Below, piece after piece: positions 51,386 through 64,000 of a DNA stretch of 64,000 nucleotides. Under the pieces are notes generated by a model. It was not told the DNA's origin and made no database searches. It was given only the letters and a program-made list of their open reading frames with translations. A program made the position numbers and the translations under genes. This DNA is from Octopus vulgaris (lineage: Eukaryota), in contig OX597826.1 of NCBI GenBank assembly GCA_951406725.2, positions 70,494,001 to 70,558,000 of the forward strand, given 5' to 3'. Each line of letters begins with the position of its first letter. The first letter of the stretch is position 1.

Positions 51386-51794
51386 TATGACCCTGAGTCA
51401 GAGATGTTGATAGTAGAGTTGGAGTTGAAGTTTTTTGTTTTGACTGCACAGAAGAACATTATAGGGTAGGTGTGAGAGGCTGGACCTGACTAGCTTGAAC
51501 ATAAAACAAGGAGACTATTTGAAAAGAAAAAGGATCCTATTATTTCCGGGTCATAGTGCTAGTCATTGTTATTTACCATCTCATCCACTCGAACAAGAAT
51601 GGAAAAATGGTTGTAAAAATATAAACCCCCAAGAAAAAGAACTTTGGAGAAGCTTGTATAATTACTGTAGATATAAGTAGGGGACATAGATGTCTACAAG
51701 AACTGTAGAGAACCACTACAATACAACAACAATAATACTGGAATAACTGTCTTGTAAATTCTATTTCCAGGTGAAGTTTAACAAACATGGCATC

Positions 51795-51983
51795 ATGATG
51801 AATGATGAAGAATCAGATGCAGTCTCTGCATCAATCCTTGACGATGATGAAGAGGAGATATTTGAAGTTAATCATGACAAACCAATCCTACCTTTAAGAC
51901 AAAGTGGGAACCGAGCCACACAATGGACATGGTGTGGAAAATTCCTCAAGTCTGTTGGACTATCAGCGTCTTTTTTAGCTCTC
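51795..51983 (+). CDS. MFSD4B: MFSD4B/NaGLT1-like MFS transporter, first visible coding exon
   Basis: Acceptor ttccag at 51770, ATGATG at 51795, acidic N-terminus then start of TM1 (KSVGLSASFLAL), phase-0 donor GTAAGT at 51984 matching the next exon. Confidence 0.8.
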
Positions 51984-53460
51984 GTAAGTTTTGTGGCATT
52001 TTTATGTTGTCTTTCCCCACGCCCCATTTTTTATTCTCTTTTTTTTTTAAATGTTTGCAGTGGTAGGGCAGTAGGCTAGATACCTTGTAGTGTTTAGTTT
52101 TCTTCCTGTGTTCCCTTACAATCTCTCCTGTGCTTATAAAGATCTGTTGGATACTGGGATTGATATAATTGTCTGTATTCCTCCTCAAAAATCTTGTGAA
52201 TTCACGCTCTCATTAGAAATTCTAATTAGCATTGTTAAATTGTTAATAAACTCTATGGAAGTTCTGTCAGCCTGGTCGACACATGAAAGGAAGAGAAAGG
52301 TGATGAAAGGAAGAGACAGATTCAAGCCCTTTTTTTTTTCTTTTGTGGACTGAGAGGCTGGTTTATTAGAGACTCCCTCTACACATTTTTTTTTTGACCA
52401 GGAGGAGGTAGTGAGGTTATAGAGCCTTGCTTTGGTTGAGAGCAAATAATATAAATTTTGACCTATTGTAAAAAAGTGTGTGCAGAGCAACGAAACCATT
52501 TTGCACTTAATTTGTTCATTGTCAAAGCATTCTTTACTGAGATCTGGAGTTATGTAAACACATCTGCTGTCATGTGTTGGACAGATCCAGTTATTGGCAA
52601 TGTCTTTTGTGAAAGTCATCCTGTCACTTTCCTTTGGTGTCCTAGAGGGTTAGTGTTTTTCTGTCTGATGACTATAGCCAGGGCTGTGGAGTCGGAGTAG
52701 AGTCTGAAACAATTAAGGGATAGTTGGATACCAATTCCGACTAGCTTTATTCTTTAATATAAACCAGTTATAACATATAGGCCTACTCAAAGTACAAACG
52801 TATGCATATGCTTTATGAGTTATATAGACCACAATCACTTAATTACATAAAGAGGAGTCAGTCAGAGATGTTGATAGTAGAGTTGGAGTTTTTTGTTTTG
52901 ACTGCACAGAAGAACATTATAGGGTAGGTGTGAGAGGCTGGACCTGACTAGTTTGAACATAAGACAGGGAGAATATTTGAAAAGAAAAAGGATCCTATTA
53001 TTTAAGATATGGTTTGCTAATGTTATTCAAGTAAAAAGCATTGGTGTGGGTGCTGGAGCCCTGTAAAAAGTACCCAGTACACCCTGTAAAGTAATTGGGG
53101 TTAGGAAGGGCATCCAGCTGCAGAAACCATGCCCAAACAGACTGTGGAACTTGGTGTGGCCCCTGGCCTTGCTAGATCCCGTCAAGTTATCCAACCCATG
53201 TCAGCATGGAAAATGGACGTAAAATGTTGATGGTGATGATGTGAGAGATCCTCGGAGATTGTGAGTTGTAGCAACATTGGGTGTTTTGATTTTGTGCCGT
53301 CCCAAACAGGAGAGGGTGAGGAGCAAGATTACTTTGTTGTTGTCTTTAGTGATTATGACTTTGGGTTGATGGAAGAGTTTAATGTCAAGGGGCCGTATTG
53401 GGTGGGGTGGGGATGTCTTCTGAGTTGTTGGTTATGGTGGTCATGCAGGAATTAGTGAGA

Positions 53461-53690
53461 GATGTATGGATTAACATGTGGGATAATGCAAAGAGATGTT
53501 TGGATTAGCATGTGGGATGGCGTAAAAGATGTTTGGGTTAACATGTGGGATGAAGCAAGAGATGTTTGGGTTAACAGGTCGAGTGATGTAAGAGATGTTT
53601 GGGTTAATATATGGGATGATGTGAGTAATGTTTGGGTTAACATGTGGAGTGATGTAAGAGATGTTTAGGCTAACATGTGGGGTAATGTCT
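53461..53690. repeat. 33-bp minisatellite, about 7 copies
   Basis: Unit approximately GATGTTTGGGTTAACATGTGGGATGATGTAAGA. Confidence 0.85.
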
Positions 53691-54385
53691 AAGTGTGTAT
53701 GGAAGATCACGGAGATGGGAAGAGTGGTGTCATTTGCATAGAGTTTTTTCTTTTTACTTTTTTCAGTCCTTTGATTGTGGACATGCTGGGGTACCACCTT
53801 GAAGGGTTTAGCCGAACAAATCGACCCGAGGACTTTTTTTTAAAGCCTAATATTTATTCTATTGATCTTTTGCCGAAACATTAAATTATCGGGACGTAAA
53901 CACACCAACACCAGTTGCCAAGTAGTGGTGGGGGAAAGCAAGCAGTTGATTGATGTGCAGATGGGAGAGGGTGAGAACAGGACTGTATTTGGATAAATCA
54001 AATTTTTATTTCTTGGAAATTGTAGTTGTGATACCTGTGCCTGTTGCACATTAAAAGCACCATCCGTATGTGGCTGATGCTAGCGCCGCCTTACTGGCAC
54101 TTGTGTCGGTGGCGTATAAAAAGCACCAACCGATCATGGCCATTGCCAGCCTCCCCTGGCACGTAAAAAGCACCCACTACACTCATGGAGTGGTTGGCGT
54201 TAGGAAAGGCATCCAGCTGTAGAAACACTGCCAGATCAGACTGGAGCCTGGTGCAGCCTCCTGGCTTCCCAGACCCCAGTTGAACCGTCCAACTCATGCT
54301 AGCATGGAAAACGGACGTTAAATGATGATGATGATTATTGCCCACAGGGGGCTAGGGGATAAACAGGGACAGACAAAGGGATTAA

Positions 54386-54606
54386 CCCTTTAGTGTTCAG
54401 ATTACTCTGTTAAATGTAATACTTTTTCACTCAACTTGTTTTGAATTAATCATGCATTATCTTATAGCTTTGAGGTTTCAATGATGTGATTGTTTATTTT
54501 CAGAATGGCATTGTAGGTTAGGAGTGAGAGGCTAGATATCGCCAGTTTGAATATAAAACATGTAGAATATATTGGGCCGGATTTGGCCGGTTTAAACACT
54601 AAAGGG
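54386..54606. mobile_element. piggyBac-like MITE (221 bp)
   Basis: TTAA-CCCTTTAGTGTT...AACACTAAAGGG-TTAA; splits a family B SINE exactly at its GGGA-TTAA-GTC site. Confidence 0.9.
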
Positions 54607-55628
54607 TTAAGTCAATTACATCGACTCCAGTGCATAACTGGTTCAAATTGAAGGTATGTGAATGAAGGAGAAGTTGGTCAGTACATGCTGTAACTGTGTG
54701 ACTTGACAGGAAATAAATACATTTAAAACATATATGCAGCCTAGCTACAAGGTTTTCATGTTAGATTTATTTGAAGAATTTGCTTAAGTTAAGAGCGACA
54801 ATCATTGTTTCCAGGTCACCTCTGGTCAGTCACGTGGGTGAACAAGTCTCTGGTATGTCTTTAGAGGCCATACTGCTGTTTACTGAGAATGGAGAGAGAC
54901 AGACAGACACCAAATGCAATTAGGAGTGGCTGTGTGGTAAGTAGCTTGCTTACCAACCACATGGTTCCGGGTTCAGTCCCACTGTGTGGAATCTTGGGCA
55001 AGTGTCTTCTACTATAGCCTCGGGCCGACCAAAACCTTGTGAGTGGATTTGGTAGACGGAAACTGAAAGAAGCCCGTCGTACATATGTATGTATATATAT
55101 ATATATATATGTGTGTGTGTCTGTGTTTGTCCTCCTAGCATTGCTTGACAACCGATGCTGGTGTGTTTACGTCCCCGTCACTTAGCGGTTCGGCAAAAAA
55201 GACCGATAGAATAAGTACTGGGCTTACAAAAAATAAGTCCCGGGGTCGATTTGCTCGACTAAAGGCGGTGCTTCAGCATGGCCGCAGTCAAATGACTGAA
55301 ACAAGTAAAAGAGTAAAAGAGAGCTAGACGATTGTTGACAGTTGCTTTCATCAAGTATGACACATTGGAAGTTAGCAGGGTCAGAGAGGTTGCTTTCATT
55401 TGAAGAACAGGAAAGAACATTGCAAGTTTGTATAGCACAATGATGGCAGAGTACTATTTGCAGGGTTATGGAAAGAAGATTGTCAGGAAAGTGACCCAGG
55501 AGGGGGATTTCACTATGGTATGTTTCTGAAGATTGTGATACATTTGTGTGGAGAAGCAGAGAAAGCAATATTGAATCGTTTGAGGAGAGACAGAAGTAGC
55601 TCCATAGCTGACTGTTTAGTGACAATAG

Positions 55629-56019
55629 TGAGGGGAAGGGAAGCACTCTGTCGGTTACGACGACGAGGGTTCCGGTTGATCCGATCAACAGAACAGCCTG
55701 CTTGTGAAATTAACGTGTGAGTGGCTGAGCACTCCCCAGATACGTGTACCCTTAACGTAGTTCTCGGGGATATTCAGCGTGACACAGAGAGTGACAAGGC
55801 CGGCCCTTTGAAATACAGGTACAACAGAAACAGGAAGTAAGAGTGAGAGAAAGTTGTGGTGAAAGAGTACAGCAGGGATCACCACCATCCCTGCCGGAGC
55901 CTCGTGGAGCTTTTAGGTGTGTTCGCTCAATAAACACTCACAACGCCCGGTCTGGGAATCGAAACCACGATCCTACGACCACGAGTCCACTGCCCTAACC
56001 ACTGGGCCATTGCGCCTCC
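55629..56019 (-). mobile_element. tRNA-derived SINE family C, full length
   Basis: A and B boxes (TGGCCCAGTGG, GTTTCGATTCCC); 11-bp TSD AGTGACAATAG; partial copies at about 15950-16090, 48800-49095, 50190-50500 and 60175-60340. Confidence 0.88.
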
Positions 56020-56879
56020 AGTGACAATAGGCAGAAGCTGTGGAGTTGGCTTTTTGGGGATGATAAGGACTAGATGCAGAGGAGAGTGCTGGTGAGAGTA
56101 AGAACCATGAAGTCTGTTGAAAATGGAAATTGAACATTTAAAAAAACCCACCAAAATCTATTTATTTGCAATTTAGAGTTATCTTTCGTTTTTGGATTAG
56201 GTTTGCAAGATTCTTTATATGAGTTCGTGTGTTGAAGCATATTCTGTTGTGTCTGGGGAGAGTCATTTTCTTTTTGTGCCTTATAATGTAACACACTCGC
56301 CGGTAAAATTTCCGCTTATTTCTTACTTTTATTTTCCTAAAATTTTCGTTTTATTCTTCTCTTGATCCACTGCTCTCAATGTTTGCTTCCAGTTTTGGAA
56401 TGTTCTCAGGAAAAGTGCACAATTCTTATCATGAATTTTCTCCAGTTTTTCTATTCTCTGAAATCAGTGACCTTCCAGAGTGAATTTTACTTTTGGGAGG
56501 AGAGACAAAAAAACAGAAAAGAAAAAGGCTGTAGATACCAAATTCACAGAGTAAGGCAGCTGGGGGTTGAGAGTCATCTTATGTTTTACCAAACAGTTTG
56601 CAGATAAAGAGTGACGTATGAGTAATGATTGTCTTTGCACAACACCCAAATTTTTTTTTTTTTGTCTGTGCTTCAGGCCTCTTCACACTGTCTCTCATAA
56701 AAGTTTCAAATTTTGGCACAAGGCCAGATATTTTAGGGGAAGGCGTGGTTGGCATTAGGGAGGGCATCCAGCTGCAGAAACTCTGCCTGGAGTCTGGTGC
56801 AGCCAACTGGTTTGCCAGACCTCAGTCAAGTCGTCCAACCCATGCTAGCATGGAAAGCGGACGTTAAATGATGGTGATG

Positions 56880-56913
56880 ATATATATATGTAAAGTATGT
56901 ATATATATATATA

Positions 56914-56994
<81 letters not shown>

Positions 56995-57018
56995 ATATAT
57001 ATATATATTATATATATT

Positions 57019-57053
<35 letters not shown>

Positions 57054-57082
57054 ATATATATATATATATGTGTATATATATA

Positions 57083-57115
<33 letters not shown>

Positions 57116-57268
57116 GTGTATATATATATATATGTGTATATATATATATGTGTATATATATATATATGTGTGTATATATATATGTGTATATATATATGTG
57201 TATATATATATATGTGTATATATATATGTGTGTATATATATATGTGTGTATATATATGTGTATATATA

Positions 57269-57311
<43 letters not shown>

Positions 57312-57410
57312 ATATATATATATATATGTGTTGTGTATGTGTGTGTGTGTATATATATATGTGTGTGTATATATATATATATATATATTGTATATATATA
57401 TATATATATA

Positions 57411-57443
<33 letters not shown>

Positions 57444-57470
57444 TTATATTATATTTATATTTATTTATTT
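56880..57470. repeat. About 590-bp (TA)n/(TG)n compound microsatellite
   Basis: Direct reading; it accounts for the long YI/HT ORFs in the track. Confidence 0.97.
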
Positions 57471-57589
57471 GAAAATATTCAAGTGAAAAAATTTTCAGAT
57501 TTTTTTCTCTTATGAGGTTTTTCACGCTAACTACCTGATAATTTCTTGTTATGATTTCTTATTAAGATTTTATCCTTAATTGTTAAATT

Positions 57590-57620
<31 letters not shown>

Positions 57621-58497
57621 ATAGCGAGGTCGTTGCAAGTACCGCCGGACTGGCCCCTGTGCTGGTGGCACGTAAAAGCACCCACTACACTCTCGGAGTG
57701 GTTGGCACGAGGAAGGGCATCCAGCTGTAGAAACTCTGCCAGATCAGATTGGAGTCTGGTGCAGCCATCTGGTTCGCGTCCAACCCATGCTAGCATGGAA
57801 AGCGGACGTTAAACGACGATAATGATGATGATGATTAACATGTTAGTTTGAAAAGTTTGCATTGCAGCTACATTTTTCTGGGTTCAGTCCCACTGATTAA
57901 AAAAACCCTTTGTAGAAATGAGAGAAACCAGAAAAACACATTTAATATATAAATTTTGGTTAATGAGCTTCCAATTATTGTTTGTAGTTGTGATACCTGT
58001 GCCGGTGGCACATAAAAAGCACCATCCAAATGTGACCAATGCCAGCGCCACCTTGACTGGCTTCTGTGCCGGTGGTACATAAAAAGCACCATCTGAGCGT
58101 GGCTGATGCCAGCGCCGCCTTGACTGGCTTCTGTGCCGGTGGCACGTTAAAAGCACTATCCAAACGTGGTCGATGCCAGCGCCGCCTTGACTGTCTTCCG
58201 TGCTGGTAGCACGTTAAAAGCACCAACCAATTGTGGCCACTGCCAGACTCCCCTGGCACCTGTGCCGGTGGCACGTAAAAAGCACCCACTAGACTCACGG
58301 AGTGGTTGGCATTAGGAAGGGCATCCAGCTGTAGAAACACTACCAGATCAGACTGGAGCCTGGTGCAGCCTCCTGGCTTCCCAGACCCCGGTCGAACCGT
58401 CCAACCCGTGCTAGCGCGGAAAACGGACGTTAAACGATGATGATGATGATGATTATTAATTTCTGTTTCTGTTGTTTTTTTTACCTTGTATCTGTAG

Positions 58498-58783
58498 GGA
58501 CTTTGTTTGGCCGTACCCGGGGTGACATTACTGGACTTGAAAGAACGGGTAGGCACCACCACTGAGTACATCTCCTACATTTTCACGGCACGCTCAGTGG
58601 GATACCTGCTTGGTTCCATTCTGGGTGGATTTCTATTTGACCATTTTGACCAGCAGTTACAACTCTCTTACACCCTCCTCCTCACTTCTGTGGCCACCAT
58701 CACAGCCCCATGGTGCACTTCTCTTGTTGTTCTGGCTGTCATGATTTCCTTCCAAGGAATTGCAATGGGAGTTCTGGACACAG
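58498..58783 (+). CDS. MFSD4B: MFSD4B-like coding exon 2 (286 nt)
   Basis: ctgtag|GGACTT...ACAG|gtgagt; GLCLAVPGVTLLDLKERV...ISYIFTARSVGYLLGSILGGFLFD...GIAMGVLDTG. Confidence 0.92.
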
Positions 58784-59379
58784 GTGAGTTAACATACTTC
58801 TTTCATTACTAACCTATATTTTTTTTTGTGAATTTATTGGTAGTGCCGGTGGCACGTAAAAAGCACCATCCGATCATGGCTGTTTGCCAGCCTCGTCTGG
58901 CACCTGTGCCGGTGGCACATAAAAAGCACCCACTACACTCATGGAGTGGTTGGCGTTAGGAAGGGCATCCAGCCGTAGAAACATTGCCAGATCAGATTGG
59001 GCCTGGTGCAGCCTTCTGGCTTCCCAGACCCCAGTTGAACCGTCCAACCCATGCTAGCATGCATAGCGGACGCTAAACGAAGATGATGAAGATGATGATC
59101 ATGGGCATTCTGTCTGGCATGCTAATGATTCTACCAGCTTGCTGCCTTTCGTTTCAGATTTTGGCTCAGGTCCAGTTGTTCCAGAGGAGTGAGGCAAATC
59201 GAATATGTTGACCCCCCCAATGTTCAACTGGTGCTGATTTTAGCAACTGCAAAAGGATGAAAGGCAAAGTCAACCTCTGGCATTTGAACCCAGGATGTAA
59301 AATGTTTGAAGAGCTGCCTCTAAGTATTTTGTCCAGTGCACAAACAATTCTGTCAGCACCCAGCCCTTGGTTTTAATAA

Positions 59380-59910
59380 TCTTTTCTACTATAGGCACAA
59401 GGAGGCCACTTGATTAGATTGGCCCTGAAAGGATGAAAGGCAAAGTCAACCTCAGCGGAATTTGAACTCAGAATGTAACGGCAGATGAAATACCTATTTA
59501 TTTCTTTACTACCCACAAGGGGCTAAACACAGAGAAGACAAACAAGGACAGACAAATGGATTAAGCCGATTACATCGACCCCAGGGCATAACTGGTACTT
59601 AATTTATCGACCCCAAAAGGATGAAAGGCAAGGTTGACTTCGGCGGAATTTGAACTCAGAACGTAGCAACAGAAGAAATACCTATTTCTTTACTACCCAC
59701 AAGGGGCTAAACACAGAGAGGACAAACAAGGACAGGCAAACGGATTAAGTCGGTTACATCAACCCCAGTGCATAACTGGTACTTAATTTATCGACCCCAA
59801 AAGGATGAAAGGCAAAGTCGACCTCGGCGGAATTTGAACTCAGAACGTAACGACATATGAAATACAGCTACGCGTTTCGCCCGGCGTGCTAACGTTTCTG
59901 CCAGCTTGCC
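59380..59910 (-). mobile_element. Tandem SINE family B array
   Basis: About 3 units with the same tail-to-internal junction. Confidence 0.85.
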
Positions 59911-60633
59911 ATCCTTGTTTTTAATAATCCTTGCTTACTATAGGTACAAGGCCTGAAATTTTGTAGGGGTAAGGATAGTTGATGAAAGGCAAATTTGACT
60001 GCGGCTGAATTTGAATCCAGGATGTAAAGAACCCAGAATAAATACTGCCAGGCGTTTTATTTGACCTGCTAATGATACTGCCAGCTTACAGTCTTTGTTT
60101 TTAATTTTTTTTTTTTTTTTTTTTGTACTTGTTTCAGTCATTTGACTGCGGCCATGCTGGAGCACCGCCTTTAGAGTGGTGAAAGAGTACAGCAGGGATC
60201 ACCACCTCCTGCCGGAGCCTCGTGGAGCTTTTAGGTGTTTTTCGCTCAATAAACACACACAACGCCCGGTCTGGGAATCGAAACCGCGATCCTCCGACCG
60301 CAAGTCTGCTGCCCTAACCACTAGGCCATTGCGCCTCCACAATAATATTATTAATAATAATAATATTATTAATAATAATAATAAAAATAATAATCCTTTC
60401 TACTACAGGCACAAAGCCTGAAATTTTGGGGGAGAGTGCTAGTCAATTTAAACGGCCCCAGTGCAAAACTGGTGCATGTTTCATCGACCTCAAAAGAATG
60501 AAAAGCAAAGTCAACCATGACGAAATTTGAAATTAGAACATGTGGAAAAAGTGCCATTAAGCAGTGTGTCTGGCATGCTAACCATTCTGCCAGCTGACCA
60601 CCTTTTTAATAATAACAATAATAATTCCTTTAG

Positions 60634-60845
60634 CTCTTTTACTCTTTACTCTTGTTTCTGTCATTTGACCGCGGCCATGCTGGAGCACTGCCCTTTAGCC
60701 GAGCAAATTGTTCCTCGGGACTTATTCTTTGTAAGCCTAGTACTGATTCTATCGGTCTCTTTTGCCGAACCGCTAAGTTACGGAGACGTAAACACACCAG
60801 CATCGGTTGTCAAGCGATGTTGGTGGGACAAGCACAGACACACAA

Positions 60846-60908
<63 letters not shown>

Positions 60909-61414
60909 TATATATGACGGGCTTCTTTTCAGTTTCCGTCTACCAAATCCACTCACAAGGGTTTGGTCGGCCCGAGGCTATAGCAGAAGACACTTGCCCA
61001 AGATGCCATGCAGTGGGACTGAACCTGGAACCATGTGGTTCGTAAGCAAGCTACTTACCACAGCCACTCCTATGCCTTTTGTTACCATATTTTTCTAGGA
61101 ATACACTGCCTTTGTGTTAACTTTAAAAATAATGAAGAATTTAATAAAATGTCTTTATTTTTCACCTAATGTTTGAAACATAACTGAACTTGAAATTTTG
61201 ATGGAAAATGTTAAATTTAGATTAGTGGTTCTCAACTAGGGTCCATAAAACCCTTGGGGATCCCTATAAGATTGTGTTGTTAAAATTTTTATGCAATAAA
61301 TAATTGGTTCCACTTCTGCGATGCACAAAATATTTTAACAATAGCCTCGGGCCGACCAAAGCCTTGTGAGTGGATTTGGTAGACGGAAACTGAAAGAAGC
61401 CCGTCGTATATATG

Positions 61415-61468
<54 letters not shown>

Positions 61469-61476
61469 GTGTGTGT

Positions 61477-61516
<40 letters not shown>

Positions 61517-61529
61517 ATATGTGTGTGTA

Positions 61530-61604
<75 letters not shown>

Positions 61605-61879
61605 ATGTGTGTGTGTGTGTGTGTATATATGTGTGTGTGTGTGTGTATATATATATATGTGTGTATGTTTGTGTGTCTGTGTTTGTCCTCCCCAACATCG
61701 CTTGACAACCGATGCTGGTGTGTTTACGTCCCCGTAACTTAGCGGTTCGGCAAAAGAGACCGATAGAATAAGTACTAGGCTTACAAAGAATAAGTCCTGG
61801 GGTCGTTTTGCTCAACTAAAGGCGGTGCTCCAGCATGGCCACATTCAAATAACTGAAACAAGTTAAAGAGTAAAGAGTA
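60634..61879. mobile_element. Inverted pair of family A SINEs
   Basis: - copy at 60634-61076 and headless + copy at 61341-61879 with an expanded (TG)n. Confidence 0.85.
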
Positions 61880-62143
61880 ATTATTTTTATACAATTCCGA
61901 ATATTTTATTCTGAAATTACAATACAATTTTTTTTAAGCATCAAAACGGGAATCAAAGGGATTCATTTTAAGACATGAAAATTTGTTTCATAGAAATAAG
62001 GGAGGTCTCTAAAGGGTTTAAGTAAAAAATCCTGTCAGTTTTGTAACTTAGTCGAACTAGTATACTGCATGTTACCACTATTGTAACAGTGTTTTGCTTG
62101 TATTAATCTTTTAATTTTCCTGCTTTTTCTCTTATTTTTTCAG

Positions 62144-64000
62144 GTGGAAATGTTTTCTGTATGAGAATCTGGGGTCAACAAAGTGGACCTTACATTCAAG
62201 CTATGCATTTTGCTTTCGGTATTGGTGCCTTTATTGCCCCACTGTTAGCTAAACCCTTTCTGGCTCCTGTCATATCAAGCAACATGACACCAATCTTAAC
62301 CCACCCCCACCTGCACGTGCATATTCCAGGCATGGATGCCAAACAGCATCTGTTATATCTGCGGGATGTTCCACAACCACTTACCTGGAATCAGTCTACA
62401 GGTGGCATCAGCACAACTACCAAATATTTCACTGATAGTAACAGTAGCGTATTGGCAGCGGACAACAGTTCCCGAACCCGGTACCCTCTGGCGCCAACCC
62501 TCACGTCCACATCACCAAGACCGAAAAAACCAAACAGTGCTAATGGAAAATTCCTCAAGAAAAATTTTGCCGACGGCCAGAACATCAAAACTCATTTGAA
62601 GCAATCGGAGAAGAATAAGAATGCAGCAGAGAATCAGCCAAATGTCGTAACGACATCGTCCACCACCTCTTTGAGTATGACTACAAACAGGTTGGCAGCA
62701 TCTGCTAACGGTTCAACTGCAACCTCATCTCCTTCCCTGTCTGTAGACTCAGCTTCTGTCACCACTGCTAATATTAAAAATACTGGTACTACTACTACAA
62801 CCACTACTCCTACTACTACAACAACAACAAGGAAAGCAACTGCTGCTGCTGCTACTACTCCTACCACTGCTACAACTACTACTACTACTTCTACAACTGC
62901 TGCCACTGCAGAAAGTAAGGCAGTAGTGACAGCTTCAGTTGGGCCTACACCCTCCTCCATTCTACAGTTAAGGACCGTAACAAATTATGTGACGAAGCAG
63001 AAAATTAACCAGAGTACTTCTGCTGCTGCTAATACTACCACCAATAGTAACCATGTTAGTAGTAGTAGTAATAGTAACAATGGTGGGAATAACTCAGTAT
63101 TGACAGGTGGAAATTCTTATTTGCCCTCCAGTAATCAGTCATTGTCAACGGAAAATCCCGCATTGACCACATTCCACCCACAAAAGCCTGAGACATTTGA
63201 CAAGATGCTGAACAACGCCATCCATGCTGTGAAGGGCATGTCCCACATCCAGTTTGCTTACATGATTATCGGCGTTTTGCTCTTTCTTATTAGCATCTTC
63301 TTCATGTGTCTCTACTGCTACGACAAATCCTACCAGAGTCCAGTTGCTTATCGGTGCGACCGGAAACACAAGTCATGCTTCGAGGACCAGGGTTTCCGCA
63401 TCCAGATCCTCATTGCTCTCTTCATATTCTTCTTCATGTACGTCGGCATGGAAGTTACATTTGGCGGGTTTATAATGATTTTTGCTGTCGAACAGTTTCA
63501 CTGGAACAAAGACAATAGTGTGATGCTAACATCACTGTTCTGGGGAGCACTTGCTACTGGCCGGGGTATATCTATTTTTATTACCAGATGCTGTGTCCCT
63601 TGTTGGATGCTCGTTACAAACATCACACTAGTCCTTCTAGCCAGTTTAATCTTATCGTTTGGCCTGTCTCACTATCAGGTTCTCCTCTGGGTTGGTACTT
63701 TACTGTTTGGGCTTGGTCTCTCATCCTTGTTCCCAACAGGGATGTCATGGGCCGAAAGCTACATGACAATGACTGGAAAAGCGACAGCTGTCCTGATAGT
63801 CGGTTCAGCGTTGGGTGAGATGATACTACCAGCCATTACTGGTTTCTTCTTCACCAAAAAGAAGATGGTTTTGATGTACATAATGTTCAGCCTCAGCCTG
63901 CTTAGTTGTCTGTGTTTCATCATAATGCAGAATCTCGCTTCGAACCAGCATCGCAAGTCAATGAGGAGCGAGCTTTCGTCCTCGCTCGAGCAGCAGCAGC
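62144..64000 (+). CDS. MFSD4B: MFSD4B-like coding exon 3 (more than 1.85 kb, runs off the window)
   Basis: tttcag| phase-1 acceptor; GGNVFCMRIWG..YIQAMHFAFGIGAFIAPLLAKPFL...FFFMYVGMEVTFGGF...LFWGALATGRG...SSLFPTGMSW...GSALGEMILP; no stop to 64000, so it is absent from the ORF track; 4A versus 4B assignment is tentative. Confidence 0.93.

Noticed and set aside
55224-55688. 154-aa - strand ORF
   Set aside because: It is a chimera of two SINE ends and a possible decayed LINE fragment (SDPANF resembles the DPxNYRPI motif), not a gene.
56845-57525. ORFs of about 200 aa rich in YI/HT/CV, and many similar ones
   Set aside because: They are translations of (TA)n/(TG)n microsatellites.
62634-62960. 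Val/Ala-rich - strand ORF
   Set aside because: It is the antisense shadow of the Thr/Ala-rich loop in the MFS exon.

Overview
AT-rich, repeat-dense animal genomic DNA. The SINE, RTE and (TA)n content suggests an octopus (coleoid cephalopod); this is an inference from repeat style. There are two + strand spliced genes. The first is a complete NIPA2-type Mg2+ transporter (5 coding exons, 15147-27971, 362 aa from the first in-exon ATG). The second is an MFSD4B/NaGLT1-like MFS transporter (exons 51771-51983, 58498-58783, 62144->64000, running off the window) with an ~330-aa mucin-like loop. The rest is mostly transposon debris: several tRNA-derived SINE families, many 3' ends of one RTE LINE (the longest encodes a PHD-like finger inside the RT region), a CR1-like fragment, two half mariners, TA- and TTAA-flanked MITEs and Helitron-like elements. 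The most notable hidden signal is a set of foldback, Penelope-like units carrying minimal hammerhead ribozyme folds. Three of these share a non-canonical architecture in which the 3-8 core pair covaries (C-G, U-A, G-C). Almost all ORFs in the supplied track are microsatellite or SINE noise.
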